Shown here: positions 1-9,183 of the stretch, piece after piece
Layout: every line of letters begins with the position of its first letter
Numbering within the stretch: the stretch's first letter is position 1
Source: an uncultured Gammaproteobacteria bacterium
GTDB lineage: Bacteria > Patescibacteriota > Microgenomatia > Daviesbacterales > UBA10151
Reading direction: 5' to 3'
DNA length: 59,103 nt
Assembly (NCBI GenBank): GCA_964415615.1
Contig: CAYQAW010000007.1
Coordinates: forward strand, 1 to 59,103
The notes under the pieces: model-generated
What the model was told of the DNA's origin: nothing
Database searches by the model: none
The model's input: the letters and a program-made list of their open reading frames with translations, nothing else
Made by a program: the position numbers and the translations under genes

Positions 1-112
1 ATTTCTCGTGAGGCAATGAATCAATTTCATTCGGATTTTAGGTGAGTCATATCGCCTCCTGTTTAATTCCCTTTTAATTTGGTAAAATTATCCTTGGTTG
101 GACGAGGAATTT

Positions 113-188
113 GCCGATGTAGCTTAAATGGATAAAGCAATGCTTTTGTAAAGCAAAGACTACCGAATCATACTCGGTCATCGGCTCA
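113..188 (+). tRNA. tRNA-Thr(UGU) with atypical T-loop
   Basis: Cloverleaf: acceptor GCCGATG/CATCGGC, D stem GCTT/AAGC, anticodon loop TT-TGT-AA (stem TGCT/AGCA plus an A.A mismatch), T stem ACCGA/TCGGT with loop ATCATAC; no encoded CCA. Confidence 0.75.
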
Positions 189-764
189 GACTGTTTTAAC
201 CTTTTTAAGTATTTTTTTCCAGGCAATCTTGCCTACTAAATAAATCAGTAACAACCCTACCAATTCTAAAATTATTGAGCCTGTTTTAGCATAATGCTTA
301 CTAAAAATATCTGTCAAATTATCAGAAAATCTCTGTGTTAAAGAAACCCAAAATGTATAACTAATAAGTCTTCCTACAAAAAAAGACCCAGCCAAAAGCT
401 TAATTTTGACCTTTGCCAAACCTGCTGCTATAAAAACATCATTAGAAGGAATTGGTAAAAAAGCATAAGCTACCACTAAAGGAATAGTTATGCGTCTGTT
501 GCGGTTTAAATACTCTCCAATGCTGGCATAATTTTCCTGTGAATCAGCAGACAAAATCCTTCTAAAATATTTTCTGGAGATACCTGCCAGAACAACACGC
601 CCTAAAGTAGCACAGCTTGCCCCGATTAAAACAACTGAAATCAGCAAGAGATCATACTTTGTCACAAAAAATGCCAACACTGTCCAAGTTGGAGGCATAA
701 AAGCTGGAATAATATTTAAACCCAAAACTAAGCTTGCAAGTAGCACATAAGACCCTAAAATCAT
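186..764 (-). CDS. Integral membrane protein, VTT/DedA(SNARE-associated)-like
   Basis: 192 aa, several hydrophobic helices, 'IPAFMPPTW' and 'FFVGRLISY' segments resemble DedA-type proteins. Confidence 0.55.
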   Translation of the reverse strand: MILGSYVLLASLVLGLNIIPAFMPPTWTVLAFFVTKYDLLLISVVLIGASCATLGRVVLAGISRKYFRRILSADSQENYASIGEYLNRNRRITIPLVVAYAFLPIPSNDVFIAAGLAKVKIKLLAGSFFVGRLISYTFWVSLTQRFSDNLTDIFSKHYAKTGSIILELVGLLLIYLVGKIAWKKILKKVKTV

Positions 765-786
765 ATATCTAGTTTACCAGAATCTA

Positions 787-795
787 TGCTAAAAT
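787..795 (+). promoter_or_regulatory. Extended -10 promoter (TGcTAAAAT) for the tRNA-Thr(GGU) locus
   Basis: TGnTAAAAT about 10 nt upstream of the first tRNA 5'-end copy at 805. Confidence 0.45.
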
Positions 796-804
796 GTCTT
801 TTAT

Positions 805-948
805 GCCGACATGGCTCAGTGGGTTAAAGTGAGCAACCTCACTTTAACGGGATAACGACAAACAAGTCCGCGTTCAGCGGACAACTTTAAAAAGTTGTTA
901 TCCCAGGAAAAGCATTGTGCATATTGTTAAGCCGACATGGCTCAGTGG
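805..948 (+). repeat. 18-bp direct repeat of the tRNA 5' end (805-822 = 931-948) flanking a 108-nt structured insert
   Basis: GCCGACATGGCTCAGTGG occurs twice; the insert has hairpins 823-848 and 849-904. Confidence 0.9.
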
Positions 949-1005
949 TAGAGCACGATCTTGGTAAGATCGGGGTCGCGGGTTCAATTCCCGCTGTCGG
1001 CTCCA
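931..1005 (+). tRNA. tRNA-Thr(GGU)
   Basis: Canonical cloverleaf GCCGACA/TGTCGGC, anticodon arm CGATC-TTGGTAA-GATCG, T loop TTCAATT, encoded CCA. Confidence 0.97.
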
Positions 1006-2585
1006 AATGAAACTGGAAGGGTATAATTTGCCTGTTTAGGCTGTTGTATCGATCCATCTTTGAGTCCGACTAACCCGTTACTTTCAAAAAGCTCATTTTG
1101 CTTATTTCTAAGAAAGATAAAAGCAGATTTGGCTTCTATAAAAAGCTTTTTGTCTTTTAATCTCAGGTCCGACCCGAGAATTTGCAGTACCATCCTTTTA
1201 ACATAAGGATCTTTACTATTAAATAACTCCTGTATTTTAGTGGCAAAACTCATGGTGTCATCTATCACCTGTCCCCAATAAGAAATCCTATCTGAACTAA
1301 TTTGGTCCTTAATTTCATTTTCTTCTTTTAATATCTCAGCAATTTTAGGTTTGATTTCTGCCTCAGAATAAAGCCCGTCTATCTTCATGGCATACACAAC
1401 CTCTTTCCTTTTATCCAGCTCCTGCAATCTCTTGGTTAGCATTTCCTTACGCTTTCGTTCAAATTCAAATTCTTCTTGGTTTCTTCTTCTTAAAGCTCCC
1501 TTTACCCAATCTATAAACCTTGGATGTAGCTCCAAATTGTTTATGTAAGCTTTCACCTGATCTTCCAGTTGTTCTGCTGGTAAGTAATGCTGAGTGCATT
1601 TAATACCTTTATTTTTCTTGCACCTGTAATAACAAAACTCATGTGATGTGCCGTTCTTATATTGCTTTAATTTCCTATCTCCCGTAACTGTTCCTCCGCA
1701 TTCGGCACATTTAATTGCCCGCGCTAGCGGTAAAGGCTCCCTTTTATCATAATCTTCATATCTTCCACCATATTTACCAGTAATAATCCTTTGGACTTTT
1801 TCATATTCTTCATAAGTAATCATAGCGTTGTGGATACCCTTATGAACTGCTCCTGAGTAATAAAAATGTCCAGTGTAAAATACGTTATGGAAGAACCTAA
1901 AAGCAGCTGTTTTTGAAATTTTGCCACCCTTTTTATCTCTTAATCCCATTTCAGTAATTTCTGCTAAAGATTCTTCAACAGTATATTTGCCAGTAAGCAT
2001 CATCTCCCACCACTTTTTGCATAAATCATACCTCTCAGGGTCATCTACAATGCTTTTTTCACCCTTTATCTCCCCAACATTAAGATAGCCTAATGGAGCT
2101 GTTCCTGGCCTTAATCCTTTTGCCACCTTTGACATCAACCCCCGCTTTACATCTTTGGATAACTTGAGGCTAAAATCTGTGGACATGCCAAACTCAATGA
2201 GAAGCATAAACCAATTTGAAGAATCATACATGGTATACGGAGTAACAATCCTAAGTCCTTTATTTTGAACCAAATCTATGATTTCAGCTCCATCTTTTAA
2301 GTTTCTGGCTAACCTGTTAGCTGCCCAACAAACCACAACTCTGGCTTTACCCTTCTTTAACAGGTCAAGCATTTTATAAAACTCCACTCTTTTACCTGCT
2401 ACTTTGGCTGATTTTTCTTCTTTAAAGTGGGGAGCAACTAGAGTGAGTTCATCATCTTCAATAAGCCTATTACATTCACTAATCTGGTCATCCAATGACA
2501 AAACTTGCTTTTTCTTATCCTCTTCTGACTTTCTGGAATAAGTAACAGCTAAATTATTCATATCATTTTTATTTTCATTATCCAT
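984..2585 (-). CDS. Large serine recombinase (resolvase + recombinase + Zn-ribbon + coiled coil)
   Basis: 'YSRKS' catalytic Ser motif, 'NRLARN', 'CAECGG...YYRC...C' zinc ribbon; last codons overlap the tRNA 3' end. Confidence 0.93.
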   Translation of the reverse strand: MDNENKNDMNNLAVTYSRKSEEDKKKQVLSLDDQISECNRLIEDDELTLVAPHFKEEKSAKVAGKRVEFYKMLDLLKKGKARVVVCWAANRLARNLKDGAEIIDLVQNKGLRIVTPYTMYDSSNWFMLLIEFGMSTDFSLKLSKDVKRGLMSKVAKGLRPGTAPLGYLNVGEIKGEKSIVDDPERYDLCKKWWEMMLTGKYTVEESLAEITEMGLRDKKGGKISKTAAFRFFHNVFYTGHFYYSGAVHKGIHNAMITYEEYEKVQRIITGKYGGRYEDYDKREPLPLARAIKCAECGGTVTGDRKLKQYKNGTSHEFCYYRCKKNKGIKCTQHYLPAEQLEDQVKAYINNLELHPRFIDWVKGALRRRNQEEFEFERKRKEMLTKRLQELDKRKEVVYAMKIDGLYSEAEIKPKIAEILKEENEIKDQISSDRISYWGQVIDDTMSFATKIQELFNSKDPYVKRMVLQILGSDLRLKDKKLFIEAKSAFIFLRNKQNELFESNGLVGLKDGSIQQPKQANYTLPVSFGADSGN

Positions 2586-2760
2586 TACTTTGTACCATTT
2601 TCTTATGTGTTTTCATAGTCTCTGCATTCGCCTTAATCAGTCCTTCAAACAGCATTATTAGTCTGGAACCTTGGTCTAAAGCCTGAGCATCAGTCAATTC
2701 AATACCGTAGACTTCTAAAACCAACCTTTTAAACTCCACAACCTCCTCATGCGTTAACAT
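2578..2760 (-). CDS. Small hypothetical protein coupled to the recombinase gene
   Basis: 60 aa, overlaps both neighbours in a tight minus-strand operon. Confidence 0.65.
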   Translation of the reverse strand: MLTHEEVVEFKRLVLEVYGIELTDAQALDQGSRLIMLFEGLIKANAETMKTHKKMVQSNG

Positions 2761-4174
2761 GCTCCCTCCCCGAATAGTATTCTTCAGCTGTGTTTTTTAT
2801 AAACTTGAATTCTTCCTCAATAAACCAGTTAAATTCAGGCTTTAAAGTCATTACTTTTGACGGCCTTCCTGATGCAACAGACTCTTCATCAGTAAGGTCA
2901 ACAAGCTTGAGGATTTTTAAAACCTCCATCTCTTTTAAAGCTGTTGGTCTTGAGCAATTAAGTTTAGTTAATAACTGTTCGCTGCCTATTTCTCCGTCAT
3001 TCTCAATAAGAATTCTGAATAATCTGGACCTGGTTAAAGGAGCTGAATCTAAAGTAATACTTAAAACAATTCCCAGATCATCATGGTTTATATTTGTTCT
3101 ACCAGATATTAAAGCATGACCTCTTGCTAAGTTATACAAAATCTGAGAAATCCTATCAGGCATTTCAATAATTGGCTCTTGGTAGCTGTATTCATCGCTT
3201 CCACCAAAATCTTCTTTCCAAACATTAATAGAACCTCTAAGTCTAGCCAGCAAATTAGCACAACGGGTAATTATTCTTAAGCAATCTTCAGGATCATCAG
3301 CTTTATTCCATTCAACACCATCTGGGTATTTTGACCAAAGTGTTTTTAAGAAATCTTGAGTTGCTTGACTGCAAACTTTTTGCTTTTCTTTCCAAGATTT
3401 AGAAACAAGCTGATTTGATAACTCCTGTTCACTCTTATCCTTTGATTTAAGATTAAAGAAAAATAATCTTGACCCTAAATTACCCATTAACTTAAAAACT
3501 TTTGGAGGAATAGGAGTTGAGGCTGCTAGCATCATAAAGGAGTAATCCCCGCTATAACCTCTTTGGCCGTGAACTCCTGCATGAAGCTCTAAACCCTCAC
3601 CATCCAACACTCTGGTTAAAACCCCCATACTCCTTAACAAGTCATCATCTCTTAATCCAAATAACGGAGCTAAATCACGAATAATTAAGACTTTGTCTTT
3701 AATTCTAGGTAATAAATCTACATCTTTTAGCTTTTCTGTTTTAACATTGGCTGCCTGAGAGACAAAAGAAGCAGGGGTAAAGTTGTCTAAGGTAATAGAC
3801 TTATCAAATCCTGAGAAAAAATTTAAGGTAATGGTCTTGCCAGCACTAGGCACATCAATAAAAACAGTAGCCTCAGGATTTGTAATATCTTTAATAAGAA
3901 GTTGGCCAAAATGACTTGCTCCTACCTCAGCTGCCATAAGCAGATTGGGGAAGTTCGCTCTAATCTGTTCTCTCCAATTAGGATACTCTAATAAATTAAA
4001 GGTTTCTGACGTTGTGCTTTCATCATGGTCTTCTTCGATAACCTGCTCCTCTTTTAAATCATCCGACACAGCGTCAAATTGGCTTAATTTATTACCATTA
4101 CTGTCCAAATCCTCTTTTAGGAAAGTATTTAATTCACCAATCTCATCATTTGTTAAGATTTCTCCGTTGCCCAT
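2747..4174 (-). CDS. P-loop/AAA+-like ATPase with C-terminal winged helix (replication-helicase-like)
   Basis: Walker A-like 'DVPSAGKT', Walker B-like 'VLIIRDL', 'LGSRLFF' Arg-finger-like segment, C-terminal HTH-like 'SRPTALKEMEVL...GRP'. Confidence 0.6.
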   Translation of the reverse strand: MGNGEILTNDEIGELNTFLKEDLDSNGNKLSQFDAVSDDLKEEQVIEEDHDESTTSETFNLLEYPNWREQIRANFPNLLMAAEVGASHFGQLLIKDITNPEATVFIDVPSAGKTITLNFFSGFDKSITLDNFTPASFVSQAANVKTEKLKDVDLLPRIKDKVLIIRDLAPLFGLRDDDLLRSMGVLTRVLDGEGLELHAGVHGQRGYSGDYSFMMLAASTPIPPKVFKLMGNLGSRLFFFNLKSKDKSEQELSNQLVSKSWKEKQKVCSQATQDFLKTLWSKYPDGVEWNKADDPEDCLRIITRCANLLARLRGSINVWKEDFGGSDEYSYQEPIIEMPDRISQILYNLARGHALISGRTNINHDDLGIVLSITLDSAPLTRSRLFRILIENDGEIGSEQLLTKLNCSRPTALKEMEVLKILKLVDLTDEESVASGRPSKVMTLKPEFNWFIEEEFKFIKNTAEEYYSGREHVNA

Positions 4175-4175
4175 A

Positions 4176-4442
4176 TTACCTTCTTTCGGAATAAAGCCTT
4201 GCTTTAATAGATTTAAGCTGATTGAAGTAAGCCTGGGGCTCTACCCGCACCTTACCATGCCAATAGGACTCAATGAGTTGATCTAATTGTCTGTCTCTTT
4301 TAAAAACAAATTGAGCCTTATAGGGGTTCTGAGTTTTATCAATCGTCTCAAGAGGAAAATAAAGTGCCAGAACACTGGTTAAAGCCAAGTCCGAAGTTTT
4401 GTAATAATCATCATCTTTAGGATCTACATTAGTAATACTCAT
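4176..4442 (-). CDS. DUF5659-like small phage/element protein
   Basis: 'YKTSDLALTSVL...QFVF...YWHGKVRVEPQAYFNQLKSIKARL' pattern. Confidence 0.65.
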   Translation of the reverse strand: MSITNVDPKDDDYYKTSDLALTSVLALYFPLETIDKTQNPYKAQFVFKRDRQLDQLIESYWHGKVRVEPQAYFNQLKSIKARLYSERR

Positions 4443-4631
4443 CTTAGTTATTTAAGCCAAAATGTAAATTTTGACTTTCTAAGATGGATCATAAAAAATC
4501 CTCTTATTTTTAACGTTTGAGAGGAGACCAGAGGATATTACAGTATTAAATTAGCTTATTTAGATTGTTGTATCAATCTCATTTTATACTTCCTCTAAAA
4601 TATTGAAATCCTTATCCTCTAAGTTCCTCTG

Positions 4632-6026
4632 TTAAGATATGAACTCTGCCTTGAGCTGTGTGTTATTTTCATTAAAGCAGAACTTAATCTCCTTTTCTTT
4701 ATCTTTTAACTTACCTATCTTCTGTAACTCCTTTATGGCATATTGAATAATTTCTATTTTCCTAGCTTGAGCTGTATTCCAATTTAATAGCTTATGATCA
4801 TCTTTGTCTTTCTGTTGCCTAATCGCTTCAAAAACTGCATCTATTGTCTTAGCTAAGCTAATTGGTTCTAGAAGGCACTGAATTAATCTAAAAGGTCTTC
4901 CTGTTGCCAAACCAATTTTCTTTTTAGTTCCATGTTTACCAAATTTCAAATACCCCGTTCTTCTTTCAACAATACAATAAGGCTTATTTATAGGCACTGA
5001 CGTATCTGAAGGAGCTTCACTTTTATTTTGCTCTTGGTAAGAAGTAGCCAGTTTTTTATAATTATTTCCTAGTTCTTCATATTTTTTTGGCAATAATTCA
5101 TGGTTAATAAACTGTAGATCATACCATCTGTCCTTCCTTTCCCAGTCTTTAAAAAAGCTTTCCCTCTTAAATCCATCAATAACTCCATCAATCAATTCAA
5201 CGCTTCGGTCTTTAACAGTTAATCGTGCTACAGGTACAAAGATACAATCTGGCCGACTATGTGATTCATATACCTCCCATATAGACTGAAGAGCGTCCCA
5301 CTTTTGCTCGAAAGCTCGTCTTGTAGCGGTATCGTCAAAGGGTAATTCTGTTTCCTCAATTTCTCTTTCTTCTGGTGTCAATAAATATAAAACTAGCCGT
5401 TTAAGCTTATTGATTATTTCGCCTTTAGTCATAATACCTGCTTCTTCAGGGAAAATTTCTTTAAAAAAAGTTATGTACCCCTTTAGTGAGTTATATAAAC
5501 CCCAAATCTCTTCTTTTTCCTTTTCTTCATATTTACGGCTCTGAATCTGGTAATTTCTATATGTCGGAAACACTTCAGTAGCTTTGTCGTAATCCAAATA
5601 CCAAAATCCTTCTCGCTCACTCATTAAATTATCAAAAATTTTAAGTTTCCCAGTGTTCTTACACATTTCAAGAGTAGTACGTATGGCATGGTATAAAGCA
5701 TCAGGCAAACTTTCGCTAGTTAAAACTTCACCTCTCTTGATTTGTTTGTAACGAACAGCATCTATTGAAAGTGGTATTTGAGCTTTACTTGCCTCACCTT
5801 CAATCTTATTAAATAGGGGTTCAATTTCATTTACTGCTTCCTCGCCAAGCTTATTGAGCTGTATATATTCCTTTTCGTACTCTTCTTCCAATTTTCTAAT
5901 TTTTTCTGGATTTTCTATAACAAGAAGATTAAGAAACTGTCTGAAGGTGGGAAAGAATTCCTGATTGGAAATAGTAGATAATTCACTTAACCAATGGCTG
6001 TAAACCTGATGCTTATTAATGTCCAT
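4632..6026 (-). CDS. Hypothetical protein, possible C-terminal DNA-binding (wHTH-like) domain
   Basis: 464-aa open frame, helical N-terminus, basic C-terminal domain. Confidence 0.6.
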   Translation of the reverse strand: MDINKHQVYSHWLSELSTISNQEFFPTFRQFLNLLVIENPEKIRKLEEEYEKEYIQLNKLGEEAVNEIEPLFNKIEGEASKAQIPLSIDAVRYKQIKRGEVLTSESLPDALYHAIRTTLEMCKNTGKLKIFDNLMSEREGFWYLDYDKATEVFPTYRNYQIQSRKYEEKEKEEIWGLYNSLKGYITFFKEIFPEEAGIMTKGEIINKLKRLVLYLLTPEEREIEETELPFDDTATRRAFEQKWDALQSIWEVYESHSRPDCIFVPVARLTVKDRSVELIDGVIDGFKRESFFKDWERKDRWYDLQFINHELLPKKYEELGNNYKKLATSYQEQNKSEAPSDTSVPINKPYCIVERRTGYLKFGKHGTKKKIGLATGRPFRLIQCLLEPISLAKTIDAVFEAIRQQKDKDDHKLLNWNTAQARKIEIIQYAIKELQKIGKLKDKEKEIKFCFNENNTQLKAEFIS

Positions 6027-6123
6027 TTTAATCTTAATAATCGAGGTAATTTTACCTGATTTTAGCTTAATAAACTATATTGATTGGTCAAATTGCTAAG
6101 GAGATACTGACTATACTAAAAGA

Positions 6124-9123
6124 TTAAGCAGCCTTGAGTTTATCCCACTGTCTTTGCATGTCTAAAATAACTCTCTCTTCTTGAGTAACTGCTTCACCTA
6201 CTTCACCTGCTTCAAACTTATTAGCTATTCGAGATACTCGGTCAATCACTGTAACAAATAGTGATTGCATAGCATGTCTAAATTCATTGTCGTGATCCAT
6301 TGACCAGTTATGTGCCACCTCATGAACAAAGGTACTCATAGCTTCTGTAAATTGAGTATTAAAAAGAGATTCATGCATTCCGATAGCTTTTTGTCCCAAA
6401 TTAATTCCCTTACTCCCAGTTCCTCTATATAAAAATAAATCATTTGGTAGGGCAACACCTGTAGTCAATTGCGTATATAATCTTAGCAAACCTAATTGAG
6501 CAAGTTGTCTTTCATTTGGATCAAATACAACCTCAAAATCATCAATCTCATCTTCGGAGGGACTCATTCGGTCAACAATATCTGAGAGCTTTCCAGCAAG
6601 TGCTCCAAGAATTTTATCTTCTGGTGATTCATCACGTATCACGTAAACACTCGCAATCTCAGCTTGGTTTTGTTCGTTTATCAACTCGAGTAAATGTCTC
6701 CCTGTAAGATAACCAGCATTATCACCTAACTGCCCATAAAATTGCCCAGAGTTTCTCCATTGTAAATATTTTTCAAAAACAGTTGATCCTGTTAGAGCTT
6801 GGGGCTGAACTTCTGGCACTAATTCCTCAAGTTTATTAACTGCATCTAAAATACCAGGCAATTGAGCCTCCATTTGCCCTACTCTTGCTTTTTCGGCATC
6901 AGACATCGTTGCTTCTTTATCAACTATAAAACCCTTACTTTCGACTTCAGGTAATTCAGGTTGAGATACAGGAACACGCCCAAATTCTTGTTTTAGTTGC
7001 TCCCTTTGTTGAATAATAAGCCTGTCCTCATCTGTTAAGTCAGCAGAATTTTTTCCTATTGCGTTTAGATAAAGTCTTTCTTGTTCAGGAGTCCATGCTT
7101 TTACTTGTATTGCACGGTCTATATCTATTTCTGTAACTCTATTATCCTCACCTTCAGATTGAGGAGTAATATTAACTACATTTGGGGTGGTACCCTCAAC
7201 AAACCCTCCTTGTACAATACCTGAAACACTTGGTCCAGGTGAAATTGGCGAACGTTGAAATACATCTTTAAATGACTGGAGGTATTGATCTGTAAGCTCC
7301 ACTTCGACAAATAAGCCTTCTTCATTTTCATTCTGAACATTACGTGCCAAGAGAATCCTTTCTTTTACAACTTGGTCGTAATCCATCCCAAAAGTGGTAA
7401 CAAATTCACCTTGTGAGGTAAAAATTTTCTTAAATATTCTATTTTGGAGTCCATAAGCCGCCATTCCTCTTAACAAATATAAAAGTTTTTGATCGCCTTC
7501 TTGTGGTTTTGGAAGAGCATGAAAAAGAAGTTCTTTTTTAATACCCCCTTTTAATTTAATCCTAATAGTATCTGGCTTACCTTCTCTTGATTCAACTGAG
7601 ATTACTTGTGGCGATAAGCGCTCACCTATCAAATGAATGAATTCAGCTGGATCTCTTATGGTAGAAAAATCTTCATGAGCTACTTCCATACCATATTCTT
7701 GAGCAAATCGCTCTTTTTGATATTGTGGGAGTGCTGGAGCTTCGTTGCTAGCTGCCTCCACTGCACTTAGTTTGCTACTAGCTCTGGGCATTCCAATAGA
7801 TTCCATATAAGATGGGCAAATTACAAATCCCTTTTCTTCCAACTCATGAACTTGACTTTCACTTACTCCTCGATCCCAAGCGATATAATTTTTTCCACCA
7901 AAGAGTTGTTGATATTCTGCCTTATCATATCCTCTATAAGGTAATTGCCCCACTAATTTCTCGATTACAACAAACGCTCCTTTTCTTTCAAAACTGTAAC
8001 CTGCGTCAACATGGCCTGCCCAAAGATACTCTGAACGCTTTACTTGCTCAACAAGATCACTTTTTTCCATTCCTCTGACCATATCATCAAGGTAGTAACC
8101 CAAATCAAAGGAAGTTACAGGAGGTCTATCTATACTCATTCTATATTCCAGATTATTTAATTGAATTGTTACTCCTTCTGGTCCCATCCAATAATTTTCG
8201 GCAGAAGTACCCTTATCTTTATAATTCATAACTTGGCCGTTAATGAATAAACGTCCACGGGTAGGAACTAAACCTTCAGATTTAGGAAGCCATTTTATTG
8301 CTCCATGTCTATTTTGATAATCCATACTCTGTAAGTAGGGATTTTCCCTTGATACTCCTAATGTTGGAAGTTGCTGTAATGCTTTTATAACTTCTGCATT
8401 GTCAGTTTCAATAATATATGCGTTTTTGCCAGTCTTCGGCGCTTCCTGAACATCTGCTAGCAGCCAGTCATGCTTTACCACATAAGCGGGATTTTGACCA
8501 TGTAGACTTATCCATTCTCTATTTACATCAACGGCTTTTGCTAATCTATAATCAACAGTCCATCCTTCCCCTTGAATCTGAAATTTATGTACTCCAAAAT
8601 CTCTTAGGAAACGTATCGCTGTTTGTTTCAAGCCAATCCCATTGCCTCCTGCGGTATTCATATTTTCAGGTTTATCAGAATGGGGACTTAATACCCCTGT
8701 AGGATCTTCAAACGGCCAGTCGCCTTCAATCCGAAATCTTTTAGCTCCATGACGCGCATCTTCAACTATAAACCTCACTCCATTTAATGTGCCTGGATCT
8801 TGGGGGTTATGATCTACAAAGTTTTGCACTAATTCTCTTGTTAGCCATGCAGAGTTATATTCGTCTCTAGATTTATCTAAAAAGCTATCTGTTGCTATAG
8901 CATGCGCATCTATCCCTCGTTCTTTAAAAAAATATTGCAGAAGTTTTTGGTCAGTAATGACACCTTCTATATGTGCTTCTGCAATAGCTCCTTCTTCGGG
9001 AGGCGTACCTGGTGTTGTTGGGGTAGGTGTTCCTTTTCTGCCAAAAAACCTATCTCTAAATCCAGCAAACCTTGACCTTCCACCAGATGCTTCAGCATTT
9101 TCTGTCCTCATGGGATCGGCCAT
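6124..9123 (-). CDS. GHKL-type ATPase fused to a C-terminal HEXXH (zincin-like) metallopeptidase domain
   Basis: 'RELVQNFVDH' N-box, 'AGGNGIGLK' G-box, C-terminal 'FVHEVAHNWSMDHDNEF'. Confidence 0.65.
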   Translation of the reverse strand: MADPMRTENAEASGGRSRFAGFRDRFFGRKGTPTPTTPGTPPEEGAIAEAHIEGVITDQKLLQYFFKERGIDAHAIATDSFLDKSRDEYNSAWLTRELVQNFVDHNPQDPGTLNGVRFIVEDARHGAKRFRIEGDWPFEDPTGVLSPHSDKPENMNTAGGNGIGLKQTAIRFLRDFGVHKFQIQGEGWTVDYRLAKAVDVNREWISLHGQNPAYVVKHDWLLADVQEAPKTGKNAYIIETDNAEVIKALQQLPTLGVSRENPYLQSMDYQNRHGAIKWLPKSEGLVPTRGRLFINGQVMNYKDKGTSAENYWMGPEGVTIQLNNLEYRMSIDRPPVTSFDLGYYLDDMVRGMEKSDLVEQVKRSEYLWAGHVDAGYSFERKGAFVVIEKLVGQLPYRGYDKAEYQQLFGGKNYIAWDRGVSESQVHELEEKGFVICPSYMESIGMPRASSKLSAVEAASNEAPALPQYQKERFAQEYGMEVAHEDFSTIRDPAEFIHLIGERLSPQVISVESREGKPDTIRIKLKGGIKKELLFHALPKPQEGDQKLLYLLRGMAAYGLQNRIFKKIFTSQGEFVTTFGMDYDQVVKERILLARNVQNENEEGLFVEVELTDQYLQSFKDVFQRSPISPGPSVSGIVQGGFVEGTTPNVVNITPQSEGEDNRVTEIDIDRAIQVKAWTPEQERLYLNAIGKNSADLTDEDRLIIQQREQLKQEFGRVPVSQPELPEVESKGFIVDKEATMSDAEKARVGQMEAQLPGILDAVNKLEELVPEVQPQALTGSTVFEKYLQWRNSGQFYGQLGDNAGYLTGRHLLELINEQNQAEIASVYVIRDESPEDKILGALAGKLSDIVDRMSPSEDEIDDFEVVFDPNERQLAQLGLLRLYTQLTTGVALPNDLFLYRGTGSKGINLGQKAIGMHESLFNTQFTEAMSTFVHEVAHNWSMDHDNEFRHAMQSLFVTVIDRVSRIANKFEAGEVGEAVTQEERVILDMQRQWDKLKAA

Positions 9124-9183
9124 ATTATATCCATAGTAGCATAAATTACCAGAGTAGGTGTGCTATAATCGTCTTAAGTCACT

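Noticed and set aside
823-930. Group I/II intron or known ribozyme in tRNA-Thr
   Set aside because: Too short, flanked by an 18-bp duplication, and I could not find P7, domain V or hammerhead core motifs.
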